Below are positions 51,301 through 64,000 of a DNA stretch of 64,000 nt, piece by piece. The notes under the pieces are model-generated. The model did no database searches. It saw nothing but the letters and a program-made list of their open reading frames with translations, and was not told the DNA's origin. Where the stretch lies: positions 248,001 through 312,000 of the forward strand of contig JAQGDQ010000168.1 in NCBI GenBank assembly GCA_030141605.1, read 5' to 3'. Source of the DNA: Tubiluchus corallicola (lineage: Eukaryota > Animalia > Priapulida). Each line of letters starts with the position of its first letter. The first letter of the stretch is position 1. A program made the position numbers and the translations under genes.

Positions 51301-53664
51301 AATGTAAGAAGTACTTTACATACTTGTGCGATATTGCATTCTTTTAAAACAGTTTGACTAAGTAAACGCGTGCACTTGGCAACACTGTCATCTCGAACGT
51401 GATTTTCGTCGCCAACAACATTTCCTAGAATTGAAAGAAATCTTTGAGCCAGGCACCAAATAATTAAATCAACAACACATTCGCTGACAACTCAGTGACT
51501 CTTTTACGCATGCGAACTTTCTAACTGCACTGATGCAAATTGCGATAATTATGGTAGTTTGAACAAAAACTAGCGGTGTCAAATGCTTTTAGAAGCCCGA
51601 ACTCTAGCCACTGTGCGTGACTAACTTCGATGAGCGCGCATTGATCACGTGACCTCGCAATCTTGTCTGACGAAAGGAGATCGTGCAGTGTGGAGCTTTT
51701 GTTTGAAAAATAATAAAACGGAACGATACTAGGCTCCGCTTTACACCAAACGGTATCTGGCCTTTGCGTTATAAGTATATTAGATAAATGAGATTATTAA
51801 TAAACGAAGTGCTGACGTTGTTGAAGTGTTATATTTATTGTGCTGACCGAGCCAAATTATTTTTATATACTTCAGCATAGCGCAACCTAAGATCTAGCAA
51901 AGAGAGGCGCCTTACTTAATATGTATGGTTGTGGCATCACCGGAACTTATATCATTATTAAGGATAAGTCTCTAATACGAAACAATCAGCAGAGGTTCTT
52001 AACTACGTTTGAATTGAAATAAATTCCCATTAAAGAAAAGAGATAGTCGGGCACTGAGTTTGCAGGCATGGTAAACTTACTTCACATCAGTGAAGCTTTA
52101 TCATCATCGTCACCATCATCATCATCACCATTCTTCTGTATGTTACGTGAAAATGTACGTTTTTGAATCAATCCACCAAGATCAATTAAGTAAAAATTAG
52201 AACAAGGTTGCGATAAAGATGGCGGTTAAGGGACATACTAGGCATTCTCTTAGACTCGTCAATTTTTGGAAAGATTGTGCTTTTGATTCTGCTCGCTTGC
52301 ATCTTGTAATGAATGCTGGAAACATTGTAAACATCTCAGCAGGCACACTAAATAAGAAACGACGAGAATATAAAGCCACCCAGCTTTACAATGTCATTTG
52401 TAGGAGAACAACGAACTTGAGTCTATCGACCCGTGACTGTAAAATTTAATAAATCAGACGAACTTATTGCATAGCAACGCGTGTGCGATGGCCCAGCAGC
52501 AGTCTCCGTATCGTCTTGGTGACTAAAGTTAAGATGCAGGTCAGTGAGTAGATGGCAGAACCGGTTCGATTCTCGCTCAAGTAGGTTTTACTTAGCATGT
52601 GTTTCCGCATTGAGAATGTGTGTTACAGATGCACAGTTCAATAATTTGTTAGATGCAATTAATGGTTTTTGCATCTCTGCCTACGTTAGGTTCGGACTAC
52701 ATTTTTTCTAGCCGAGATAATAATGCTATAAATACTTTTGCAAATCTTATCTCGGATGAATTCTTATTCGCCCGTGTATAAATAGTCTGTTGGTGATGAA
52801 ATTGTACAATTCAAGCCGTGTTTTCTATATGCTGTTTTGTTTTTATTTATGATTATGTATAATTGCATTAGAATTGGTAATTACGTTTATTATAAAACTC
52901 GTTATTTTTCATTGTGTGTAATGCGTGTATATTTTGTTAAAATGTATTAAAATATGTTCATTATTTTTTATTATGTATGTATGTTGTGATGAATTATAAT
53001 CTGTAACTATGTCTATGGTGTATGATCGTTGCAGTTCATTGTGTCTCATTCGTTATTTTCTAAATTATATATATGAGAATATGTTTAATATTTTGTAAAT
53101 GCTTTTAGAAATTTTAAACATATCCCTACAACACAGACAAACAGAGGGAATGTATTTTGTACATAGTTTTTAAAAATAAAGAATCATAATGATAATAATA
53201 ATAATGATTTTTGTTGTCCAAAATGGCATTGCAGTCATTGCCATAAACCATAACCATGATAGACTTAACTAACTGACATCATGGCATCTACGACTGGCCT
53301 TTCGTTTTATCTGAAGTAAACAAAATAATTTGTGCTAATCAAGTATCAAAGATTAATTATGTGACTAAGTTAATAAAGCGATAATGATATGACAAAATAT
53401 GATGGAATTAAACTTGCATCATTGCCGCATTTTTAAATTCTATTGAGAAATTGGCTGACAAAAATTTTGACAGAAAACGGCTTGACATACTGGACGAACG
53501 ACTACTTTACTCGAAATGAGGCCAACTGACCACTTGTCGATCAACAGACTTAATTTTACGAAAGCAAATTACTAGGAGGCACATTATGGTTATATTCATA
53601 ACATAGCGGGAGAACGTATAAACGTCTACACTTTGATTACTCCTGAAAGTGCTGAGATACTTCT

Positions 53665-53908
53665 GCTGCTCACCAGTTTGAGATAATTGAAATAATAACT
53701 GATATAGTTCAGTTGCTCACCGGTTTGAGATAATTGAAATAATAACTGAGATAGTTCAGTTGCTCACCGGTTTGAGATATTTGAAATCCATAGCTGAGAT
53801 AGTTTAGTTGCACACTGGTTTGAGATAGTTGAAATCATAGCTGAGATTTGCACACTGGATTGAGATAGTTGAAATCATAGCTGAGATAGTTTAGTTGCTC
53901 ACCGGTTT
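53665..53908. repeat. Minisatellite, about 47-bp unit (gctcaccggtttgagataattgaaataataactgagatagttcagtt)
   Basis: About 5 diverging tandem copies. Confidence 0.92.
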
Positions 53909-55493
53909 GCCGGACTCCGAATTGTATAAAAAAGAAAAATATGCTGTAGGAGTGGCGTGTCAGACTTTGTGCGGTGTGACGGAATTGGGTGCAGTGATAA
54001 ATTTTTTAGAATAAATCAGGCAACTGCTGAAGATTATTTAGAGGCCAACTCAGCCAAACGTACAAATCTTGCGTTTGAGCAGAATTAAAGAAGCGCAGTG
54101 AAATTGTAAAAACCACTTTTTGATACTTTTGAAAATTGAAGCTTCTGCAATTTAGTTTGTTGAGAAACCGGAAAATGTTAATGTAGCCATGTAGACCACG
54201 TGAACCATTATGGTCAGTAAAACAACAAAATCATATCAACTGCCACGTGTCATTAGCATAGGCTGATCTAGTGCGTAGGTGCACAAGATTAATTATTATC
54301 AAATAGATGATATATCTGGAGAAGAGAAAAATTCCTTTTATCAAATATTTAGACATGTTTGCGCAATTGATGTGCAATCTTGAACTAACTTCTGACATGC
54401 CAATAACCCAGTAAATATGCTGTCATATGTCGTATCTGCTTTTGTAGTTCCATGTTGATGTAAGCAGTTCTGTATAAATAAGATTAGTAGCACTAATACC
54501 AATATTTATTAATTGTCACAAATCTATAATGTTCGCTAGGCAAAATGAGAGTTCTGTTATTCTGCTGGTTATTCATGCAAAAGAAATGCATATAGATTTC
54601 AAACTGACAGTTAACATTTGAGAAACTATTCAAGAATGCAGCATTGCAGACATCGTTGGATTTTAAGGAGATGTCTATGTTTCGCTTTTTCTGAATTAAT
54701 ATGCTGATACTCAAAATATGGTGAAAATCGGTTTTTGTTTTGTTGTTCATTCTGCAACAGAATTCTTAAATGTTTTAAACTGTTGAGCAGTAACATAAAA
54801 ATTTACGTGTGCAGATCTTTCGACTTCTGGCCGAGTGAAAAAACTTTGCTTGCACTGTATTTAATTTTCGGTATTCACCCAAATAACGCGAGCTTCCGAC
54901 CAAGCAGGCTTGTAATCGGGTATGGAACAACGGACCGAAATAGATGTTTTATCTTTTTAATAAATCTTAAAATTAATTTTAAAAAATTTAAAAAGCAAAT
55001 TCATTCGTAATATTGTTCGTACAGAAAAAGCAATTAACAAGTTACTAATTCATAAATTTTTACCTTTGACGCCAAGCTACTAACAAAACCAAGAAAAACG
55101 AAAATGAAATAATGGCTTAATGAGCATTTAGTTTCTAAAAAGTTCAAGTCAAAATCATGTTAAATTTTCACAATTCAAAACTAAAATGAAATACGTTTTT
55201 AAGATCGAGTACAAATACAACGGCAACTAAGTTATTTTAATTATTATATCATAAAGTGAGTAGACACTTAAGCTCAAAGTTCAAAAGGCGTTCATTAGAG
55301 CGTTGTAAATTTAATTAAGCTTCAGCACAACTTCTATCCTTTAATTTACACATAGCTTAACGTATAACTTAGAAGATTACAAATATTTATTTACGAAAAT
55401 GCATCTTAACTCGAGATACTATAAACATCGCCTGCGTAGAACAATATTAAACAGAAACTCATTCGAAATGTACAAGCAGATAGTTTACGGGAC

Positions 55494-56045
55494 TTAAAGC
55501 AAATCCAATCTTAAACTGTAGGTCAAAATAATCTACTCTTTAAAATATTGAAAGGAAACATACTATTTTTTTAAAAATGACTTACGTGAAAGAATTATTA
55601 CCGCACAAACACAATTTCTCATTCACGCCACTAGTTCTTCGCTGTCACATGCATTTCGTCATTCGCTAGTTAGACGGGCACTAGCGCCAGCATTTGAGAA
55701 ACACATTGCACAAAAACCAGGTGCTGTACCTCTCAGTTTATCTGAATTTTTATCTTAAAACTTACCTAGTTTTAGTACAACACAGTGAATATCTTACAGT
55801 AGCACTGTACTTCAATTTCCGTTTTCGCAAACACGTGCAACACGCTCGTGGAATATTTTTGATGTTGAAAATTATGTTAATTTGTGGTGTCATCAATAGT
55901 TGGGCTCGCCCGCCGTTAATTAAGTTTTTAATCTATTATTTAATCATCAGAAACGCTTTTGCAGTATTTATTGTGTTAAAATGTATACTTTTTATCTGAT
56001 TTGAAAAAAGGGTGGTGTATGAAAAAACATCCTGTCTTCCTTTAA
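55494..56045 (+). mobile_element. Interspersed repeat family A, copy 2 (Kolobok-like; TTAA|AG ... CT|TTAA ends)
   Basis: High identity with 62152-62750. Begins ttaaag and ends cctttaa. Confidence 0.8.
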
Positions 56046-57101
56046 AGATAAAACGGGACTATAACATTTTGCCATGTGTCCATAGCAAATTGTTTATAAC
56101 ATAATATTGACATCTGCAATGCAGGAACCCATGTGCAATAAGGCAAAAGTCATCGTTACAGGTCAAGTTCACGTTCCTGTAATAATCGCGCACGCATATT
56201 CGCTTCATTCGTCATATCGATTCTGGCTGTTCACCTCGTTGAAGGAGAATGTATACCATCCAAACTTGGCTAAGGCAACTCTATCGATTCAGTGTGTCCT
56301 CTTAGAGAGTTATCCTTGAAAATGAAACGAGTTCCGGTATCGCCACTATTATTAACATTGAATAATTAAGCCTTAAGCCGAGAACTAAATTCCGGCTTCC
56401 TGTGTGCCAAAGTGTATTAAAGAAACGCTGCAAGATCACCCTGCACAGTTGCAAGTAATTATGAAGCTTGACAATTTCGTTTACCTATGCGTCAAAGGCT
56501 ACGTAATAAACGTCCGCAGTTTCAATGCAAAGACTGGTGATAATTAACAGCAAAATGCAAAATACAACCATTATTTAGCTAAGAATCGCAATAAACATGT
56601 GGCCAATTTTGAACAATATAGCACGGATATTGTTGATCCAAAATTGTTATTGTAGAAGGGGATATTACCCCTAAAGCAATTTTTTCAATAATTATTACAA
56701 CTGTGTTTTTTAGATTAGGTTACAGTGTAATTTATTAAAAAATAAAACCGTTAACCGATTTTAAATGGTCTTAACAGAAGAGAATCTGGTATTAATGCTA
56801 AAGATAATGTAGCACAGTCTAATCATTTTACTGCTGTAGAGGCATCATGATCACTTTGGGTCACTGATAGAAACATTGAACCACAAACAAGGTCTAATTT
56901 AAACAATTTATGGACATTAGTTCAAGGTTTTATACACATAGTCTGCGTATAAAGTCGCAAGTTTGTGCAAGTCGTTTAATGATCATATTTACGTGTATTT
57001 GCAGGACAAATTACAATAGTAGTTTGATAATTATAGACCACTGTACAGCTTTGCTGCTTTCGCTTCGTACTTGTAAACTAGGTCTCAAAGTAGATCGCAA
57101 A

Positions 57102-57450
57102 ATGGCAAAACTTTCTTTGACAGTTTGTTCTCTGCTTATAGTTGCGCATTTCAATCACTTGACAGTTTTGGCAGCTATTGGCATCCAAAATTTAAATCAT
57201 TTTTCTAAGTCGCACGTGACTCTTGGGAAAGATGCTTTTCAGGACAAAAGGGTGAGAGAACTTGCAAATTCGCTCTCCACCGTTGAACAAATCGCAGAAT
57301 TTATAGAAGACAATAAAGACAGTTTATCACAAGAGTTAAAAAATCGAGATATTGAGTTGCCCGAAATACCAGAGAATGTCCAGGCTTGTTGGCGAAGTTT
57401 GAATTCTTTATACGATGGAATTGCAAATAAGGAGCTCTGGGCGTTTTCAT
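57102..57450 (+). CDS. nrf-6: NRF-6-like first coding exon (signal peptide)
   Basis: aaaATGG start; MAKLSLTVCSLLIVAHF...ACWRSLNSLYDGIANKELWAFS; donor TCA T|gtatgt. Confidence 0.88.
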
Positions 57451-57981
57451 GTATGTATAACATTAAATTTAAATTAAATTGAATCTTTGATTACGATTTG
57501 CAATTTACTTTTCACAGTTGGTTCTTCATTTACGGCATGTTTATGAGTTTAACTTTGTCAGTAGAGGTGACAGTCGTAACGACAAAAGTAACGGCGACAG
57601 TGGTGGTTAATGCTGCTGTAGTATTAGTAGCTGTGACAGCACCAACAGCAACACGTGGAACTGTTTACACTTTTATGCATTTGATGTATGTCTTATTTTC
57701 AATTTTCACTTTAACCATTTTTTCTTCTTATCTTGCATACCAATTGGCTTGCTGTTACATACTCTTTGCAAAAAAGTACTAAAAGCAAAAGCAATAAAAT
57801 TAATATACGTTATAATGAAAACACCTGTCAAGACGTAATAAATATATTGATATTGCACCAGTTGCAACAGAATGATATTGTATTTACCACAATCTTTTGT
57901 TAAAAAACTTTTGCAAATACATATATTAAGTTACAGTAAAATGGTTTTTTCATAGTATTTACAGCATTTGCTTTTTCTCAG

Positions 57982-58145
57982 TTCTGGATGCAATGGGAAA
58001 GCCAGAATCAGGAATGCTAGAAGGTTCACTTACTTGGCTAGGTTCATACGAACTATGTAAGAACATCGAAGTTCCAGAAAATATAAACCCAACTTTTGGT
58101 ACAAAATCCTGTTTGTCCATGATTTCGATCCCTCTAGGAAGCAAG
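57982..58145 (+). CDS. nrf-6: NRF-6-like exon (NRF domain)
   Basis: tttctcag|TT CTG...AGC AAG|gtaatg; LDAMGKPESGMLEGSLTWLGSYELC. Confidence 0.93.
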
Positions 58146-58379
58146 GTAATGTACATCAAATTGTTATAAATTGTTAGACTACAGTGATTGTGTTTGCATT
58201 TCAACAGGAAACCTTTACCCATATTAGCCTTTTGGTTCGCTGGTTATTAGGCCGGATGTTAGTAATAAAAATGATGATAATAAAAAGTAATAAAAATCTA
58301 GTTAGCAAAATGTATGCAAAATTGAAATTCATTTCAATTTCCGTATTCTAGTTTAAAAAGATATGTCTTGAGCAATTTT

Positions 58380-58620
58380 TAAATGTAACTATAATATTGC
58401 AGCTTCTAATCTTCAATGTAAGGCTGTTCCAAACAGTTGGAGCGGTATGAGAAAAGGCACGCGTACCTAAACTTTTTGTTTATGTCCTAGACACAACAAG
58501 TAGATTTTTATTACCGGATCTTAAGTTTCTGGATTACGTGTAAGCACTTATCAGTTCTGCAAGATTGAAATGATCTTTCATCCCACTGTTTATTGCAGCA
58601 CTCTAATTTCCAAGCTTGTC
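58380..58620 (-). mobile_element. L2/CR1-group LINE C-terminal fragment
   Basis: Minus strand reads LGTRAFSHTAPTVWNSLTLKIRS (GxRAFSxxAPxLWNxLP motif). Confidence 0.75.
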
Positions 58621-59165
58621 GAAGCCATCACAGCTTTAGTCGCGTGTATTTGGATTACGACTAAGATTAGGTTAGGATTAGCGCTTCTGATAGTCCAGGC
58701 TGTTTATTGACTAATGAAGGCACATAACGGCTGTAGCCAAACGTCAGTACATCTGCTTTTATTTGCCCTCATTTTTCCTGGGTCCTTGATCAGTGATATC
58801 AGTAAGCAGTTAGGTAAGTAAAGTTAATTGAAAAGAAGGTAGGGTAGATAAAGAAATGTGCCCACAGTTGACATTAATGCTAGCCGAATCGTTAGTTTTT
58901 CGGTTAGCCAGTTGGTAGATTGGTTGCTTTGTAGAAAATAAAATTAATATTATTACACAATTAATCCCATAATCCAATAACATCTTAAGTCTGGACACAT
59001 TTGCCTCGAATAAATATGCATAGACAGAATTTTTGAAAAATGTATGATGTGCCTGAGCTCCCATAACAGCGGATATTTTCAGCTGTTAAGAACTCATTGA
59101 AAACTGGTACTTTTGCTTGTTGACATTTCTACCATGTTTGCCACTAATACAAACCCTTTTTAAAG

Positions 59166-59298
59166 GACGCTACCTTAAGTCGAGATCGCGACTACCGATC
59201 AACAATTTTTCAACCCGATCCAAGTATATTGATCCTTCATGGCATCTGCATACCAGATTCTTGTAGCGCTGCGACTGCATGGATATGGACTGATCAAT
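59166..59298 (+). CDS. nrf-6: NRF-6-like exon (NRF domain)
   Basis: ctttttaaag|GAC...CAA T|gtaggt; DATLSRD...LILHGICIPDSCSAATAWIWTDQ. Confidence 0.85.
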
Positions 59299-60367
59299 GT
59301 AGGTGACAACAATATTATATGAAACTTATGCTGAAAACACATGCAGATGTATTTTTAAGTAAACACTGTTTTGTCAAGTTGTACGTGTCATTAAATAAAG
59401 TAATAAATGCGCTTATTAATAAAAAAAATATTTTATCGTTACAAACTTTTGCCATTAAGATTATTTCTGTGCCGTTGAGCCGAGTGTGTAGCTACTAATT
59501 AATAGTTAAGCTTGTCCTGACGTTAAAACTTGGTATGTGTACCAAAACGAAGTTGCTAGCATCTTACATTAGATATGACCAGTTATTTTTGAGTAAACTA
59601 TGCACACAAACGTTAATCCAGGAAGGCAGCAGCATCCTTAACATCAGATAAGGATGCGATCAGAAGAAAGTTACTAACTAATATGTGTTCAAGCAGACCA
59701 TTTTTTGTTATTTTCAAAAGAACGGCGAAATACAATCAGAAACTTCAATTATTACTAAACAGCTACAAATCAGTATACCCTAGCAAAATTTAAAAGTGAC
59801 ACAATACGCAAGTTTTTCTAGTTTCGTTTGTGTTAAGCAATTTGTTTTTAACATATTTCTACTGACTGCCGAACACAACGATAGAAAAACTTAAAATTTT
59901 CTGTGATTATCGATGTTGCCATTCTGACTCTAAAATTGAGATTTAACTTTTAGTAAGTCTCATATTTGCCACACAAGGAAATCATTTTACAGCTTGCAAA
60001 AGACTTGCTTAATAATACATGTTTACTTCTCAATGGCAAGAATAGTGACAATAAACTAAAAACAACAAAGAAAAACGAAAGAAAACATGATACGCTTCAA
60101 ACCACCCCCCAAAATTGGCATTGTCATACGATGTGACTTATTTGTCTTTTTCTTTCACCTGAATATAAAGTACAAGGATACTTTGAAATGTTGTGAATTT
60201 TCTTTCTTTTTCCCTGTTTGTTTTTTAAACGTGAATTTTTTAATCCAGACAGTTGCTTATACTGCAATACTGTATTGTATAGATCTACGTCTTGTATTTT
60301 AAAAGTACACGAAGTCAGCTACAACGCGTTCGTGTGAAAAAAATAATTCTGATTTGCTTTTTTACAG

Positions 60368-60449
60368 TGGTGTCACATTTCGACAACGCCACCCATTTTC
60401 CTATCTGCGAAAAAGAATATTCACTCGAACCAGGAGGAATTGGTTTTAT
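60368..60449 (+). CDS. nrf-6: NRF-6-like exon
   Basis: ttttacag|TG GTG...TTT AT|gtaagt; VSHFDNATHFPICEKEYSLEPGGIGF. Confidence 0.85.
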
Positions 60450-60531
60450 GTAAGTTCTATCTACTGAACTTTGTCACACGTTTTTAGAAAGTACCTACTA
60501 CCGATTTTTATTTACTACAAAAACAAGTTTA

Positions 60532-60755
60532 CGGCGCGTTCATACTAGCGAGTTTTCTCTCGCGAATTCTGTCTGGGAGTAAACTCGCACGTGTGAACGA
60601 GAACTGCCATGAGTTTTGCCAACTGACGCATACTGTCGGGGAGAACTGGCAGCAAATCTAGAAGAGTTTGAAAAAACTTGCCGACAGAACTCGCAAAGCC
60701 GTTCACACTTGCGAGTTTACTCTTAGAGAGAAAACTCGCTAGTCAGAACCCGCCG
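60532..60755. mobile_element. MITE, PIF/Harbinger-like, 224 bp, TTA target-site duplication
   Basis: TIR cggcgcgttcatactagcgagttttctctc / gagagaaaactcgctagtcagaacccgccg, inner IR gagtaaactcgca..tgtgaacg, flanked by tta on both sides. Confidence 0.88.
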
Positions 60756-62151
60756 TTATGTTTATAGTAAAACTAGATCAGAAAAAGTCATACGTAGAAA
60801 CAATGTGTATAAATATTAGTGACAAAGAATAAAGTCTAGGATCAAACCTGTCGCCTAGGGTACTCCTAATCTCTGACTATTCTTAGTATTTCTACTGGCT
60901 TGACCATTTGAAACTGCCCACAAACAGACTTTATGTTGACCCTTAGCTTGACTACTTATTCCGGGCACTAATTCGTGTGGCAGTTTAAACAAACAGTGTC
61001 ACAAATCATCACGTAGAATATCACGTATTGGTTTTGAACTGGCTTTACTTTACATTTTTACATTTTTATTACATTTTTATAATTTTTGTTCATTTAAAAG
61101 GCCTGTACGTTACTTGAAATGTAGTATTCGTTTTATTCTTGACCTTTTTGTGAAATTTGGGTCATGAAGATGTGTGTTCTCCCAAAATTTAGTTTGAATT
61201 TGCTCCAAAATCTTCGGAAAGTGACATTACTACGTTGTAGCAGCTCCTTGAAAACCGCATCACTTCGCTGGCATTGAATTTGTAAAGTAGTTCTGGTGTT
61301 GATTAACAATTTGAAGAATGAAAAACTTCTTTTAAACTGACTTACAAAAAATGAAAAGCCACAAGCTCTCTCGCAAGAACAAAATAATACAAAAACTGAT
61401 TCCCGTTTGTTTGAACTAAGATTGTTTCATAAGACAAACACTAGCACGATCGGAAGCACAGTTCTGGACTAACTAATACTTTTTGTAGCCCTATTTAGCG
61501 ACTAAAATGTGAAAAATGAACTTCTTGACTTACTTGAGAAATAATGCCTTTATGCCAAATTTTCTCTTATATAAACCTTTAGAAATCTTAATTAGTGCAT
61601 TTTCTTTTTACATTTTTGGGTTACATTCAAACTTCCTAAATTAAACTTCAAATCAGTAGATCATAATGACGTCACTGTCTCTCAGTATACCAAAAAAAAG
61701 AAATAAAATAGAGTTTCTACGTCCATTTGACGCCTTTACACGTGTGATTTTGATATATCAGGTGGCACAACAACGTACCGTAGTTTTCAAAATGATATGA
61801 CAAGAAGAAATTAACGGAATTGCTTGAAACTCACTGATGTTAGAAACGATTATATGTGTATCAACAACAAAAAGTTTGTGTCATTTTCTTTAAGTTTTTC
61901 CAAAGATATTTTAAAGCAACAAGTGAAAAAGTAAATAACGTAAAATTTTTTATACCTAATATTAAAATTTGCAGCATGTGCTCTATTATCTATCATTTTC
62001 AAAGCAAACTAGATGGAGGTATTTCTTCCTACAGCTGATACAGTTTCTCAATGCTTTAAGGGGTAGTAACATTTGGTCCTAGCACTCAGCAATTTTTGCC
62101 TATACTTTCTCTGCATCAAATGGCTCTGCGCGGTCGTCACACACTTTCTCT

Positions 62152-62750
62152 TTAAAGTAAACCTCGGACCCAATCTTGAACCGTAGGTCAAACAATCTAC
62201 TTTTTAAAGTATTGAAAAGAAACATACTGTTTTTTCAAAAAAGAATTACGTGAAAGAATTATTACTACACAAAAATACAATATAGCGTTCATGCCACTAG
62301 TTCTTCACTGTTACTCGCAATTCACCATCAGCGCCTGTATTTCAGAAACGCATTGCACAAAAAATAGGTGCTGTGCCTCTCAGTTTAGATGTGTTAGTTT
62401 GTGACGAACTACACACGTTCGACAGCTCATGCGTGAGCACAGTGGTAAATTTGAAATTTGAATTTTTATCTTAAAACTTGCCTAGTTTTACTACAACACA
62501 CTGAATCTCTTGCAATAGCACTGTACTTCAATTTTCGCTTTCGCAAACACGTGCAACACGCTCGTGGAATATTTTTGATGTTGAAAATTATGTTAGTTTG
62601 TGATGTCATCAATAGTTGGGCTCGCCCGCCGTTAATTAAATTTTTAATCTATTATTTAATTATCAGAAACGCTTTTGCAGTATTATTTGTGTTAAAATGT
62701 ATACGTTTTGTCGGACTCGAAAATGGGGTAGTATATGAAAAATTCCAGGT
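62152..62750 (+). mobile_element. Interspersed repeat family A, copy 3
   Basis: See the copies at 10261 and 55494; starts ttaaag. Confidence 0.8.
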
Positions 62751-63341
62751 ACCGCAGTCCAGACCATTAGGTTTTATTTTTATTAATAATTTTTTATCGG
62801 TGCTAATTTTTTGTGATGAATACCATACTTTTATAACATTGTTGATTTGATTCCTTTATTGATTTGCTGCCTGTATTGAGTGCTTCAGCATTTATACCTC
62901 AACGTGGCTGTTTTTCAATAAATGATTACATTTTAACATTTAAAATCTTAAAAGCTGCTAAAACTATAAACCTGTATCTCTCAAGCTAAGTTTGTAGAGT
63001 CCTTGCTTCTAATATTATTGCACTCTAAACTTTGGCACATTTTCTGTGCTACCAGATATATTCTTGAAGTTTTAAGTTCACAAAATAAGGAGTCCTGATA
63101 ATGGCGACTAAGTAAATGAAAAATGTGACAGAAAACTGTGTCTTTTTTATACACCAGCTTTTTACCACATTACTGATAATTTATAGTTTATCTTCAGTTG
63201 CTCTACAGTTATTCTGTACATTCCTATCGTTTTTAGGTGTTTTTGAAAGAAATGTACCAGATCATATTAGATTGTCAAAAAATGTCTTTACACTAATGTA
63301 TAAAACGCCAACACTGAATTATTAGTACATTTATATTTCAG

Positions 63342-63742
63342 CTGTGTTGCTGCTGTATTTCTCATCTTGATAGTAATCGGCACCATTTGCGATATCTATG
63401 TATATCAGCCTTCTCTGGCAAAAACGTCTGCAAAATTTCCATCAAATTTAACGAACGTGACATCCTTCTCATCTGGTGACTCAAGAAATGATATTTCTGC
63501 ACGTGTGGGAGAATTCAAAATTTCAACTGATTTGTTCAAATCAAAAACATCTACCAATCAAATAAACGAGATGTTACCTTCGGGTGTTCCGATAAATCAC
63601 AATGGACCTTCAACTTTTGCACATGTTAATAAAGTTGTGCCAAATGCAGATAATGTTGCCAATGGAATACCAAAGTATGTAGATCCAATGGTAAGGAAGG
63701 AATCCATAACTGCAGACAAGAAGGATAAGAAAAACCCAGCAG
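63342..63742 (+). CDS. nrf-6: NRF-6-like exon (first TM helix and hydrophilic loop)
   Basis: atttcag|C TGT...GCA G|gtaaaa; CVAAVFLILIVIGTICDIY...KKDKKNPA. Confidence 0.85.
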
Positions 63743-64000
63743 GTAAAAGGCCCGATAGGCTCATATGAAATGTCATTTAAACTTGATATGATTAAGGCAT
63801 TTAAGTTGGTCCTGTGATGAGCACGTACCACATTTCTTAACATTAATTAACGTTTTGTGGATTTAGTTGAAGTTTACGTACATTTACCATATACCTCTTA
63901 TAAAAATGGTGCGTCAAATAGAAATACAATAAACTATATTAGGATGCTTCTAAAATGAAAAAACGCCAGAATACAATTTTGCCAACTATTCTTAACTTGT

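Larger units (their letters stand above)
57102..63742 (+). other. nrf-6: Gene span (5' part): NRF-6 / O-acyltransferase-like protein; continues beyond the window
   Basis: Signal peptide plus NRF domain motifs (WAFSFLDAMGKPESGMLEGSLTWLGSYELC; GICIPDSCS), then the first TM and a long loop. Phases are compatible. The acyltransferase-3 domain is not within the window. Family-level symbol. Confidence 0.88.

Noticed and set aside
56910-57101. Upstream in-frame extension of the nrf-6-like first ORF
   Set aside because: Contains an acceptor-like tttgcag at about 57004 and would bury the signal peptide; ATG 57102 has the better context.

Overview
AT-rich eukaryotic (invertebrate-type animal) genomic DNA with spliceosomal introns; there is no prokaryotic content, CRISPR array or rRNA. 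Four protein-coding genes can be read from the sequence. (1) The terminal exon of a Gly/Tyr/His-rich, probably secreted structural protein (611-1432, +). (2) A complete 13-exon GPR158/GPR179-like class C GPCR (2542-37400, +; about 686 aa; Cache domain, EGF/Cys-rich region, 7TM), with all splice phases compatible. (3) An orphan class A GPCR with an intronless CDS and atypical switch motifs (46897-48051, -). (4) The 5' part of an NRF-6/O-acyltransferase-like gene (57102 to beyond 63742, +). Introns and intergenic DNA are dense with decayed LINE fragments, tRNA-derived SINE heads, MITE/foldback/Kolobok-like non-autonomous elements, minisatellites and long microsatellites. The most interesting signals are the GPR158-like receptor's altered Cache pocket and a C-tail that appears to stop just before the RGS7-binding coiled coil, an inverted pair of degenerate minimal hammerhead-ribozyme motifs (Penelope-like remnant), a duplicated splice donor, and an 8-residue periodic Gly-Tyr protein. 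I cannot support a genuinely new multi-gene system from sequence alone. Family comparisons are from memory, not from database searches.
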